Assembly: GCF_008831285.2 (NCBI RefSeq) | Contig: NC_045138.2 | Coordinates: forward strand, 24,118,001 to 24,182,000 | DNA: 64,000 nucleotides | Direction of reading: 5' to 3' | From: Nymphaea colorata | Lineage: Eukaryota | Shown: positions 11,818 to 25,076 of the stretch, piece after piece | How the letters are laid out: each line of letters begins with the position of its first letter | Numbering within the stretch: position 1 is the first letter of the stretch | Position numbers and translations under genes: made by a program | The notes under the pieces: generated by a model | What the model was told of the DNA's origin: nothing | Databases searched by the model: none | The model's input: only the letters and a program-made list of their open reading frames with translations

Positions 11818-14800
11818 ACTTCTTCCCGCTTTGGCGCTTTCTCATCTGAACCGGTTTTAAAAAACCGGTTCACTAAATAATCGATCTGATTTGAGCTTTA
11901 ACGAGTTCACTTAAATGAACTCGAACTCGACTCGATTAATTAAACGAGTCGGCTCGTCAACTCGAGCTCGACTCGTTTAACTAAATAAGCAGCTCGTTTA
12001 AACATACGAGTCGAGTTAAACGAGTCGAGCTCGAGTAGCTCGACTCGTTGAACAGCCCTAGTTTCAGCGGAAGAGCACTCGCCCATGGATGTGTGAATTC
12101 CAAGGAGAGATACTCAGCCTTCCCTAGGACACCCAGTTTAGGAAGACAGAAACCCAACGCTCCCTGCACATCACACAACTATACCCTGGGGCCTTGCTCC
12201 GCCTGTACTCCGAATAGGCGAGGCCAGTGGCGAAGGCGGGACAACTCCCAAACACATTGTCACAACCCACTGGCCTCTCATCTCTTATTCTTTCTTTCTT
12301 ATCATTATAATTACACATTCACAAAATGACTGGCAAGCTCTTGAGGTTGGTTCACTTTACGAGTGCACTCACACCTCCAATTGCCTCCACACAAGGGCTA
12401 TACATATCATTAACATTCTTAGTTAGCCATCATAACAATACGGGTACAACTACCCTCCAATTTCATTCAATTGCATTATTGCTCATGGCAATGCATATGC
12501 AACAATTCACAATATTCACATTTGTCAAAATCCACATTTATCAAATACATCAATGACATCTTTCAAAACTTATCCAAATCCCGGAGAGTAGTTTCGATCC
12601 ATGATTGACTCATAGCTGTCCTATACAATTATCATTTTATGATGCTCTCTAATGCATAATCGGGGTCAGGGAGATAACTCGACTCGATACCCCGCCTCAT
12701 CAGTCCTAAACAGTTATCACTTCTAGCATGCACATGCAATGACGTAGTAATTTTGAAAACAAGCTTCTGATAACTTTCAAACACAAAACTTATCACATAA
12801 CAAATCATTCACATGCATACGTACATTTACTCACAACACAATCATTCAATCACATCACAATCGTAGGATCCCATGATCCTGAAAAAACACATTCATAAGT
12901 TGGCCATAGACAAAGATTTGTCTGAAATGTCACCATACTTGTCTCGCATCCACAAAACATTTCAAAATGCCTCGAGCTTCACGTCTTCTTGCTCAAGGTC
13001 TATTGGATGTGCCCGGTGTATCTGCAAACATAAGCGAGTGATAAGATTTATACTTGTTTCACTTTACAATCTATACAAGTGTAAAATATAATCATTGAGG
13101 CATGTCATGGCCTCAAGACGGTGTCGACGGGTAGAGTCGACCCACAAAGCCCTCCAATAGACCACTTCTCAACTCCTTGATGTTGTCACCAAATGATTTA
13201 AGCTCCACGCTTTCAATTTGAACCAATCAATACACTTTTCACTTGCTTCCATAGTTGAGGCGTCAACCCAATAGTTACACCTAACCTACATATTCTTCTC
13301 CAACTAACACTAAAACACGCCATTGACAATCGCATGCATCACTTGTTCACTAAAATGGTTCTAAATCTTCTTAACCCCATCAAATCTCTAATGTTTCCAA
13401 ATAGCTTCGAGAATCACTTATCATGCTAAAAAGGTCATCATAAACATTGATCATCGCCTCTCCAAAATAATCCTAGACTTTCCCCAAAAAGTAAATCACT
13501 AACTTATATCCTAAATCATCAATTCTTAATTCTAGCATGCTCAATCAATATGTGCACCAACAGAAAATATTCAACAATCTAAGCTCAATTAGGCCTTGCT
13601 CACCCCAATTTTTGAGTCTTAGTTGCTGCAGTCCTCCCAGCAGCCACTCAAGCAGCTAAAATCCTTCAATGCTGCCACCACCAACGCATTCTAGTCGCTG
13701 TTATGAGGGAAAAAAAATGTGTCCCCACACTGCAATCCAATCCACAACAATAAGTAGGGCAAGGTTTGGCAAAAGAGAGGTCAAAATGACAGTCTGCCGC
13801 TAGAAAAAGGCAGTCAGCCGTGAGGATGAGATTCAGCTGAGGGAGAGGGGGGAAAACAGTGAGAGTGTGAGATTGGTGGTAGGGGGAGGAAACAGACAGA
13901 GAAATGAGAGAAGGTTGCGCAAGAATGAGGCAACGCAGGAGAAAGAGTGGAGGAGATAGGAGGGTCGGGGAGAGAACTCGAGCAGAGAGAGAGAGCATTG
14001 ACAGAGAGGAGAGAGTGCGGGCAGGGGGAGAGACAAATAGGAAACACGAGAGAGGGAGAGGGAGACGAGAGGGACCGTGCGGGTGAGAGCTGGCGGGAAA
14101 GGGAAGGAGAGTGGCGGGGGAGAGCTACGGTAGTGACAGAGATTCGACAGAGAGCAGTCAGGACAAAAGGGGGAAACAACAAAGAGCAGCGAAAGGGGGA
14201 AGAAGAAGAAGGAAGAGAGGAGAAGAAGAGGCAGAGAGAGGTCAAGGGGGCTTACCAGAGCAGCGCCGCCACCAGCCTTCCTCCGCTGGCGCGAGCGTCG
14301 CCGCTGTAACCCTCGACCGCCTACTTCTTCTCTGTGTGGAGTTCCAAAGAGGCAACAAAGGGGGAGAGCAAGAGGAAGACGAGGGAGAACAGCCCTCGTC
14401 AGGCTCTCACATAGGTGAGTTGTGGGTACGGGTCTGGACCCGCTCCAGCCTGACCTGCAATAACATAAAGTGTTACAGCTAGACTCTCTACTAAAGAAGA
14501 GATAAAAACAATAGAATTAACCTATTCTATTCCAAAACCCCAAAAATACATCCAATACTTGCTAAATTATGCCTTCAAGATTGGTTTTCAAAATCAAAAT
14601 GTTTAAAAGGGCCAATCATGCCTAGGTTTTACATAAATTGGCATTGATTCTATTTTTTACATGATAAAGAAGCAAAATTTTTTTATGTTGTAAAAAATCA
14701 ATTGATATATAGAAATGTAAAATTGCAAAGTCAACAAAATTATAGAACATAGTCCTATGGTATTACCAAGACAGTGCTTTGAAAATATTTAAATATACAA

Positions 14801-15983
14801 CAAAATCAACTTGGAATGAAGTGAAAATTAGTCATTACTAAGCAGACACATGAATGAAGAGAATGTTAATTTCTTTGGAAAATTGGAGAGAAAAATCCAC
14901 ATAAATGACAAGGAAGAATCACTAAGTTTTCCCATGCTTTTCAATATTAAGCAATCTTTTAAATGGAAAGCATTGACAATGGACACTTTGAAATGATCCC
15001 AATAATGTTCTAGACATTTTTAAAACATACTAAAATAAAAGAAGATATATCACAATAAAAAAATTAAGAAAGAAAGCTCCTTTGTTACTGAATATACTAT
15101 TAATACATTAAAACCTTAATCTAATACATCTTAATGTTTATAACACATAGAACTAGTCAATAATATACTAGAACACATAATTAGCATCAAATCTCAGTGA
15201 CGTGGTGAAACAATTAAAACAATAAATCAATTACAATAACAAATAAAAGCCTAAGTTAGACCTGATAGAATACAAGTATTAACAAAACCTTGAATTGAAT
15301 AAATACTAGAAAGAACCCCCCTAATTCTCAATTAAGGATCACAATGTCCTAAGTGAATTAATTTATGATACATGGAAGCATGATCAAACAAAAAAATAAG
15401 CTAACTAATATGCAATGCAATATGCTCGTGCCATGCTTGAACATGAAATGAGAATGTTGTATCCTTTGACTCCTAGATAGCTGGTGTATGGGTCACGCAA
15501 GGAGGGGCACGACTATTCTAATCCTTACTTCTTGCATGTTAAGTGATTGAATAGGTACCTAATATAAGTTAGAGTCTACCTAAACTTCAATTAAACTTTA
15601 AAATAAAGAATAACTTACCTTAACTCATCACCATTCTTGAAGATAAGAAGATAAGAAATCGGTAGAGGTTGGAGAAGGAAGGAGAATGAAAGTATGAGGA
15701 AGAGAATAAGAAGGTAAGGAAAAATGAGGGTGGATGAAAAGAGAAACAAGAAACGACCTTGACATGGTTCATTTTGCAAGTGCTTACATCCATGGGGGAA
15801 AGGCAGGAGAAAACATTTATTGTTGATAATCAAAAGTACAAGACCAAAAACATGCTTATAATCCATCTATGCTAGAATTTATGGATGATTTACATATCAA
15901 AGGTTTTGATCATTGTCCTTTGTTATTTTTTTAACAGTTTTAACAAAATCTTGGTGTTTGTTCTCCAGAAGATTGCAGAGACT

Positions 15984-18900
15984 TGTAAAACAACTTCCGA
16001 AGATATGAGACAAGCTTTCTAAGATTTTCATATGTTCTTAAAGGCTATACATTGAGTATATATTGACATTATACAAGAGATCGTGAGAATCTTGTATAGC
16101 TCACTAAAAGATGTTACAAAGGATAACAATGTTTCAATATAGAAACTAGATACACTACTAAAAAGTATGGACTATTATCTAACACAATCTCCATGATTGT
16201 AGTCATTAAATCATCCTCTATCCATACGACTATTACTATTGACACCCATACTTATTTCCTTATCTTTATCATAATTATAGTCTGGCTTAACATCTTCCTT
16301 CATCCTAAACATGACCCTCTCAATGTTAAAGTTGCTTCTACAATTTTCAAATTTTGTAGAATGTAGAGGTTTGGTGAGACTATCTGCTAATTGTTCATCT
16401 AAACAAAAAAATTTAATATCCAGATGCCCTTAATTGACATGATCTCATACAAAGTGAAAATCATTTTCAATGTGCTTAGTCCTAGTATGAAAGACTGGAT
16501 TAGCCGCAAAATACAAAGCCCGAAGATTGTCGTACCAGAGATCAGGTGGTATGTCCAAAAAGACTCCCAATTCTTCAAGTAAAGCTTTTAACCATTAGAG
16601 CTTCCTTGCAGCATCGGCCAGTGATTTGTACTTAGCCTCAGTACTAGACCTGTACTAGACCTGTCCACCGTCCTTTGTTTTTTTTGAATACCATGACACT
16701 ACATTTTTGCCAAGGAAGACAACCGATCCTCCAGTAGACTTACGGTCTTCTTGACAGCTTTCAGCCCAATCGGCCTTTGCGTACCCACTCAAATAAAGAG
16801 AATTTGAAGACTGAAACTATAAACCATAATCCATCATGACCTTTAAGTATCTCAAAAAGCACTTAACCATTTGCGAATGACACAATGTTGGGCTACGCAT
16901 AAATTGACTAGCTCTATTTACAGAAAAAGCTACATCTAACTTGGTCAAGGTCATGTATTGAAGAGCTATGTAATGTCGTTGGAAAAGGATTGCATTCTTC
17001 CATTCCTTTTTAATTTCAATACCCAAAAAATATGAAAGCTCACCTAACTACTTTGATTTTCTGGACACTTGAGCCAGTCATGATATGATTGTCTACGAAA
17101 AACTAGCAAGTAGACTTTTTCATCACCCTCATTGAGTATAAAAAGTGATGAATGAGATTGTGACATTTTGAATCCATATTGAAAAGGGAATTCACTTAAC
17201 CATTGGTACCAAGCTCATTGGGCTTGTTTTTGAAAATGTGACTGCAACTGTCACTAAATGAATGTACAGTATAAATAGGCACTAAGGCCAAGTAAAAATA
17301 TAATCTTTATTCAAAATGAATAGAGAATTGTTGAACATCAGAGTTTCAATGTAAAATGAATAGTTTACATATTTATACAAGAGAAGAGAGGGAAGAATGG
17401 ACTGAGCTAGCCATTGGGCTATTTCCAACGGCTCATAAAAGAGCCATTGGGACTAGCCAACAACTAGAACAAAAATATAAAAGAAATAAAGGCAAAAAAA
17501 AAAAAACGTAAAACCTAACTAAGGTATCATATTTTTTAACATCCCCCCTTAAACTTATGGTGCTATCACTGAATGTTTATTTAAAAGAAAGTTGAATATG
17601 GAAGAACATAGAGTCCTTGTGAAGAAATCAGACAAATGGAATTCTAAGGAGACATATGAAAGCTTGATAGTTTTCTTCAAAAATTCTTCACAGACATAGT
17701 GACAATCAATGTCTATATGCTTGGTTCGTTCATGGAATGTTTGGTTCTTGGCAATGTAGATAGAACTCTTGTTGTCGCAGCACAAATCAATAGATTCTTT
17801 TATTCTTGTTCCCATATCAAGGAGCGTTTGAGGTCCATGGTTGTGGAGGCCATGACTTGATATATTCAGTTTCAATAGAAGAAATAGAGACTTTTTGTTA
17901 CTTTTTGCACTTCCACGAGATGAGTGATTTCCCTAAAAAAATGCAAAACCCAGTAGTTGAGTGTCTATCATTTGGATCTCCTTTCCAATCAGCATCAGCA
18001 TAAGCAATCAATTTTAGAGAGGAAAAAGAAGTCATAAATACTCCCTTTTTTATTGTCCCTTTGATGTATATAATGATACAAAGAACAACTCCCATATGAA
18101 CGGTTGACAAAGCATGCTGAAATTGACTTAATGTATGAACTACATGAGCAATATCAGGGCGAATGATACTAAGATACATTAAAGATCCCACAAGCTGTCA
18201 GTAGGGAGTATGATTGGTAAGAGAAACTCCATTATCAATTTTCATTTTGCTTCCTACTACTTCAGAATTTTTCATGATCTTATCATATGTTATATTTGAC
18301 TTAGCAATAATCTCTATAACAAACTTAGTTTGTGATAAAAGATAGCTGCTAGTAGAGTATGCAACCTCAATTCCCAAGAAGTACGTTAGAAAACCTAAAT
18401 CTTTCATTTCAAAACTTTTTTGCAGTAAGTTCTTACATTTTTTAATTCTTTCTTTGTCACTATCTATAACGATCATGTTATTAACATACAATAAAAGGAT
18501 TATGATACCTGCAGTAGTATTCATAACAAACAAAGCAGTGTCACTTAAACATGAATGAAATTCCAATTAGAGATAACAGAGTTAAAATGATCAAACCAAG
18601 CTTTAGGTGTTTGTTTGAGGTCGTATAGGGCCTTCTTAAGTGTAAGAATTTTTTCTTCTGAAAGTGAAAAACCCTATGGTACTTTCATATAAACCTCTTC
18701 CATAAGATCTCCATTTACAAAAAATATTCTCAACATCCATTTGATAGATATTCTAGTTTTTAATGAATGTTAAAGCAATAAGAGTCCTAATAGTAGTCAT
18801 TCTAGCTACATGAGCAAATGTTTCCTTATAGTCAATTCCATGTTTTTGAGTACAACCTTTAGCAACAAATCTGGCTTTATATCTTTCTAGAGATCCATCA

Positions 18901-21900
18901 CTTTTCGTTTTCAACTTGTAAACTCATTTGCATCCAATAGTCTTTTTCTTTATAGGTAAAACTTGTATTTCTCATGTTCGAGTTTTTTTCAAGACACTCA
19001 ATTCTTCTAACATAGCATTCTTCCATAATCATTCTTGTTTTGTGATTCTCCATAATTTTTGAATCAATTTTCTTTTTCATTAAACTTTATATTCCTTGAA
19101 ATTATGGTCTTGTCTTTAACTGGATCATAAAATTTGTAGTTTCTTGGTGTCTCAATAACCAATGAAGGCACATTCAATATCTTTGAATTTAGTTTGTGAG
19201 TCTTGTCATTTAAAACAAAACATTTGCATCTAAAAATTTGAAGTCTATTGAGATCGGGTTATTTGAACAATTTTTTAAAAGAAATTGTATTATTTAAAAC
19301 TTTTGAAGGCATTCTATTTATGAGATAAACAGAAGCAAGGGTTGTTTAAGCCCAAAAGTTTTTTGGTATAGTTTTTACAACAAGAAGAGTTCTTGTTGTT
19401 TTTACTATGTGCCAATATTTTCTTTCAAAAAGTCCATTTTGTTAAGGTATTTTTGGACATGATTTTTGACAAACTATTCCATAGTTTTTTAATAATCTTT
19501 TGAATTCATTTTAAAATATATTTACCTTCAGAATCAATCCTTAGGATTTTTAGTTTATGTTCAAACTGTGTTTTTACCAAATTTTGAAAGTTTTTGAATA
19601 CCTCAAAAACTTCAGATTTGAATCTTAGGAAATATATCCAACAATATCTAGTGAAATCATCAATAAATATTGCATAATAAAATAGCTCTCCTTTTGATAT
19701 AATAGGAGATAACTCTTATACATCGGAATGAACAAGTCAAACACCATAGAAAAAAAAAAGTTTCTTTGCCTAAAAGATGAAAATTTCATCTTTTCGTGTA
19801 TGCAATCATTACATTTAAAGTTCTCGATACAAATCATAGATAATTTTTTAATATTTGGATAACCTAATCTTGGATGACAAACATTGATGTTCACATTTTT
19901 GATATAGTAACAAAACTTTTTCTTTAGAGATATATAAATTGTTCATGTAGTAAAGGTCTCCCTTTCTAAAACTTTCTCCAATTAATCTCCTGTTTTGGTG
20001 TTCCTGCACCAAACATTTATTTGATGCGAAAATTATATCAAAACCAAGATATGAAATTTGAGATACATAAGTAAGTTAAGATTAAGTCTACGGACATAAC
20101 AAACTTTTGGTACAATTGCTTTTCTCCAAATTCTTTTTCAAAATTTTCACCTCCTTTAACACTCAAAGACATTCCATCAACGATAACTACATTTGACTCT
20201 TTTCTTGCTTGTTCAAACTTGATAAAAAATGATATATTAGGTGTCATATAAAATAATGCACCAAAATCTAGAAGCCATTGAATCATACTGGGAGTGTTGG
20301 AGGTGGATACCATTGTTGCTAGTGCTCCAAAATTTGACTCCTTTATTATGGGTTGAAAAGCCGTCATGATTTGGTTCTATGTTGTGGAGATTGATGCAAG
20401 ATCATATCCTTTGTTTTGAACATTTGCAACCTTCCTTTGATCAAATTGTTTAGGGTTGTGTTGCCTACCTTGAGAATATGAAGCTTCTCCTTTGAGAAAA
20501 TTCCCTCCATAATTTTCTGATTGTCCTTTATTGTTGTTTTTCTTCAACTTTGACAACTAGGTCTTATGTGACCCGATTCATGACAAAAGTGGCTAACAAC
20601 TTTATATTCTCCTTTATTTTGATTTTTAAAATGAGGGGATATAAAAGATCTAATGTTGTTTCCAGGTCTAACGGCAGCAAAAACTTTTTCTTCTTCTTGT
20701 TTAGAAATGAGGACACTCCGTGTCTTTGGATAACATTATAGTTTCTTCTCTACTTAGTTTCGTAAGAAGTTCATGAATAAGTGGAGGAGAAGCTAAGGAT
20801 AAAAGAGCTAACCTTATTTGTTGAAATTTGAGTCTTGGCCCTTGAAGAAATTGATAATATCTAAATTCATAAACTTCATATCTTCTAATCTCGTGGCATT
20901 CACAATCCATTCCTAGTTTAGGACTAATTTTATCTAATTCATTTCATACACTATATATAGATTTTCATAAAATAATCTCTTACATTTTTCTTTTATTGTT
21001 TGTTATTTTGGGCTTTTTTAATCAATAGATACTTACGGGCCACATATTTTTGAGTAAACATTCCTTTGAGGTATTCTTATATCCCACTTGCTTTCTCATA
21101 GTATATGAGGTTTTGAGCAATTCTAGGTTCGACACTTCCATAAATCAATTCAATTCTTGAGTTTTTGGCTTTCCAATCATCTAGTTTCTTATAATATTCA
21201 TTCATAGTATTTTATCTTTCTTTCCCATCTAATTCATTCACAATCTCATTTTCTGCTTTAGTTAACTTGAGAGAAGGAGAAATGGACATACCTCTTATGA
21301 AGCCCCATAAATATTTTCCTTTGATGTGCATCTCTAAACATTTAGCCTATAGCGTATAGTTAGTTCTATCAAGCTTGTATGGAGCAAGATAGCTTCTACC
21401 CTCGATCGAAATTTTGGAGTCGTTGAAATCTACTTTAGAGTACTAAGTGATATTTTTTGACGTTTTACCAAACAGTTGGTGGATGATAATCAGTTTGGGG
21501 TGCAGCAGTGAACCAAGATTAAAACAGCAAAATATTGAGATGTTGTTTTATGATAAGTACCCTTCTTCAGAAGGACAACATAAAGAAATGGAGGATCACT
21601 TAGCTTTGGACAGTCTTTAAGACAATTCCACAAACAGGTAGTGCCACTTGAGAAATGATATCAACGAACGGGTAGACTTCAAATGATTCAGTCTTCAAAG
21701 ATAAAACAGAAACCCAACTTTAGAATTCCAATAAAAAACTAGCCCAAAATTGGCTCTGGTACCATGAAAATGTGACTGCACCAGTCATTAAATGAACATG
21801 CGGCAGAAATAGACACTAAGGCCAAGTAAAAATTATAATATTTATTCAAAATGAATAGAGAATTGTTATACATCATAGCTCCAATGTACAATGAATAGTT

Positions 21901-24900
21901 CACATATTTATACAAGAGAAGAGAGGGAAGAATGGACTGAACTAGCCGTTGGGCTAGTGATGGCTCATAAAAGAGCCGTTGGGACTAGCCAATAGCTAGA
22001 ACAAAAAAAAAGAAATAAAATAAAAAAGAAAATAAATTGTACAACCTACGGTAAAACCTAACTAAGGTATCCTAATTCTTCACAGTTTTAAACCATAAAT
22101 GACTTGACGAGTTTGCACAAATGATAAGGAAAATGGGGACCTTTATATTCTTCTCGTTGTTGCATATATACATCCTCAGACAGGTGCCCATTTAAGAATG
22201 TATTGTTGAAGTCCCAACTGATGTAATGGCCAACCATATTGAGTGATGAGGGCAAAAACAACCAAAACTATTGCTGGTATGACAACTGGGATGAATGTTT
22301 CATTATAGTCTACAATGGATTTCTAAAGATATCCCTTTGCCACAAGAAGAGGTTTGATTGTCCCTTAGGCATTTTTCTTGTGTTTGAACACCCATTTTGA
22401 GCCAATGACATTGAAATGATGTATAGGTGGGACCAATCGCCATGTCTTATTATCTTGAAGAACCTTAAATTCTTGATCCATGGTTTGTCTCTATTGTGAA
22501 ACTTGAGCAGCTTGCTTGTAGGTAATGAGTTCTTTATCAGCTAGACATGTAGATGTCATGGTGATGACGGTTTGGTCTTAAGTGGTCCAATCATGGATCG
22601 GGTTGTCATGGAATGGACATGGCACTTAAGTCGAGAGAGGGGTGTAGGATTAGGACTAGGCTCCCTAGGTTGTGGACTTGGTAATATTGGTATAGGTGTC
22701 AAGTTTTGGTTATGATATTCTGCCATGTCTAAGTGAGAAGGAAGGTCATCATTAATAGGGAGAGCATGGCCCTCATCAATAGGAAGAGCATGGTTTGTAT
22801 TTTCTAAATTAATTTTTTTTGGCTGACTCAAGGGGACTAAATCATACTTGTTGGTTAAAGTGGAGGTTGGATTATGTATTGTTTTGGGAGGACTTTACAT
22901 TTGTTCAAGAGAAGAATACCAGTCTTTGATGTTCAGCTCTTCAAATGTATTTGATTCACTCCTTTATACTAAAAACCCTAATCAAATACGATAGGGTGAG
23001 AGACAAAATATGAGTAATCAGGTGCTTGGCCAAATAGACATTCTTATGGAGACATACACTTGTGTAGCTTTGAGGAAGGTAGTTGATTTATAACAAATGT
23101 TTTAGTTTGAAATGCCTTGACCCAAAATCTACTTCCAAGATTAGCATCGTGTAACATAGTTTCAACAATATGTCGATGTTTTTGTTGAGCAAGACCACCT
23201 TGTTTCAGTATATGAGGACATGAATACCAGAGAACAATTCCACATAATTTAAAATACTACACATATTTATTATTACAAAACTCACCTCCATTATAGACTA
23301 AAACATTTTAATGAATTTTCCAAACTTATTTTCCACTAGAGTCTTGAAATTGAAGAAACAATCATAAACATCAAATATATTTGTCGTAGGAAATAACCAA
23401 CTAAAACAAGAAAATTTATCAACGATCAACAAATAAAAGTGATTTCCTCTGGAGCCAAACATCACTATTTAGTAACGCAAGAGGTTGAGATGCATGAAAA
23501 CTAGGCAATTTGTAAGATTTGCCAACCTGGCAATGTTCACATACTAAGCCTGCTAATGGCTTCTCCTTTATTGAAATAAATATCCAAGAACTAAATTTAA
23601 AAATCTTCCCTAAGTAGGCATGCCTTAAGCGTTGGTGCCAACGTGTGTATGTCTCCTTACTATTTTTTAAGCAAACAAAGGCATATGGTTTTGGATGCAT
23701 CCTATACAGTCTTGTGTGATTCTTTACTCCATGAAGCTTGACCTTGTTTATTTCCTAATCCTTTATCAAAGAACAAGTTGGGAAGAACTAAATTATGCAG
23801 TTATTATCAGAAGTAAACTTCACTACGGGTAAAAGTTATTTGATATTCCATGGACATGAAGAGTATTTTTTAATAAAAAGAAGGAATTGCAAACATATGA
23901 GTGTTTCTCACCAACAGCATATAAGTGTTGCCAATAGTTATTGAACTCTTATCGTGGTATTCTGATTTATTCTCCATTTGAGAGTGAGACTTGGAAATGT
24001 TGTTGGTTGTGCCTATGCCTGGATACTAGCAGTGGTCCTCTTCTCCAACATTCATGGTTGTCAATGCCTTAGAGATATCTCAACACAGCAGACTGTATGT
24101 TCTTTGCGTTTGTAGTGTTGACACATGACTGGTGGTCGTCGACTCTTATTTTGGTTACTCTGATTGTGCCTAAGAATTGATTCTTGACCAGGTCCACGAC
24201 CCCTTCCATGGATTTGTCCACGACCTCGGTAAGTATTGAAAGCAACCTGATGATTGTCATTGCTCTTGACAAATTTGGGTTTGAGTAGAGGTAGGTGTCG
24301 TTCTTGATTAACAAGTAAATCACATAAATCGGGAAATGAAGGAATCTTAACAGACCACTCCTATTGTGAGTGTGGCAATAAAACTCTCATGGTCAGAAGA
24401 TAATTCATTTAATACTATTTACACTAAGTTTTCTTCTAGAACAATGTACCAACAACTTTCAGGGTGTACCAACAACTTTCAGGGTGTCCAAAAGATATTT
24501 AATCTTGTTGAGATACTCATTCACACTCATGTCTTCCTTTCTTGTGAAGTGTAAGTGCTTTGTAGCATCATAATACGAAGAGGTGATTGTGAGCCGAATG
24601 CTTCTCCAAATAAGTCCAGGCCTCTTGCGCAGTCTCTATATGAATTATTGGACTCAAAACATTGTCGGTAACTGAGGCCATGATCTACCTACGGGCAAGC
24701 TGGTCAGACTTTCACCACTTTAGTTAGGCAGGATTCACCAACTTCTCACCCTTATCATTGATGAGATATTGAGGAGGAACTTCCTCAGTTTCATCTACAA
24801 ACGACAATAAGTCTTGAGACACCATAATTGCCTTCAATTGACTCCTCCAGAATAGACAATTTCTCTGCCCAATTTCACAAAAACAAGACTTGCAATGACA

Positions 24901-25076
24901 TTCTATTGCGTTATAGGTGCAGACGTCACAACATCCATAACAGCAATCGAAAGGATGCTTACACAAGTTATGGCTCTAATACCATAAAATTACTTTTGAA
25001 GATATGAGAAAAGCTCTTTAAGATTTTCATATGTTCTCAAAGGCTATACATTGCATATATATGGACACTTTACAAG
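15984..25076 (-). mobile_element. Degenerate Ty1/Copia element A (host), interrupted by Copia B; 5' LTR truncated
   Basis: 3' LTR 15984-16292 (TG...CA); partial second LTR 24985-25076 (about 13 mismatches in 90 bp by eye); PBS TGGTATTAGAGCC at 24984-24972. Gag-like WRSQLKAIMVSQDLLSFVD (24724-24966), GAG-pre-integrase WHQRLRH...CEHC (23419-23700), RT/RNaseH relics 16320-17225 and 22090-22520. Confidence 0.88.
17231..22084 (-). mobile_element. Full-length but decayed Ty1/Copia element B nested in the RT of Copia A
   Basis: LTRs 17231-17541 and 21765-22084, both starting TGAAAATGTGACTGCA; perfect TSD GTTTT/GTTTT. PBS TGGTACCAGAGCC (21764-21752); PPT AAGGGGGGA (17550-17542). Protease WLLDFGALFYMT, RT LLYVNNMIV/EMKDLGFLTYFLGIEV, RNaseH YADADW...STTG and HERTKHIDIDCHYV, all with many stops. 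Confidence 0.93.

Larger units (their letters stand above)
7241..12060. mobile_element. Non-autonomous hAT-type DNA transposon carrying captured host DNA (Pack-hAT)
   Basis: TIRs TAGGGCTGAACACGAG and CTCGTTGAACAGCCCTA; 8-bp TSD GTTGCAGC (7233-7240)/GTTTCAGC (12061-12068). Dense CTCGA/TCGAG subterminal repeats at 7250-7502 and 11880-12050. The empty site is seen in the homologous LTR near 29345-29380. No transposase ORF. Confidence 0.9.
6459..14477 (-). mobile_element. Ty3/Gypsy solo LTR (about 3.2 kb once the nested hAT is removed), related to the LTR at 27086-30075
   Basis: Ends TGTCACACCCC (6459) and GTGTTACA (14477); flanks ACTAG/GCTAG form a 5-bp TSD with one mismatch. Reverse-complement similarity to 27086-30075, e.g. 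actcgactcgataccccgcctcatc and gatactcagccttccctaggacaccca. No adjacent PBS, PPT or coding sequence. Confidence 0.88.

Noticed and set aside
7241..12060. Autonomous hAT transposase
   Set aside because: No long ORF, BED finger or hAT dimerisation motif on either strand.
13666..14482. Several overlapping Ser/Leu/Pro- or Arg/Glu/Gly-rich ORFs
   Set aside because: Translations of the GA/CT low-complexity tract of the solo LTR; the same applies to 27097-27735.
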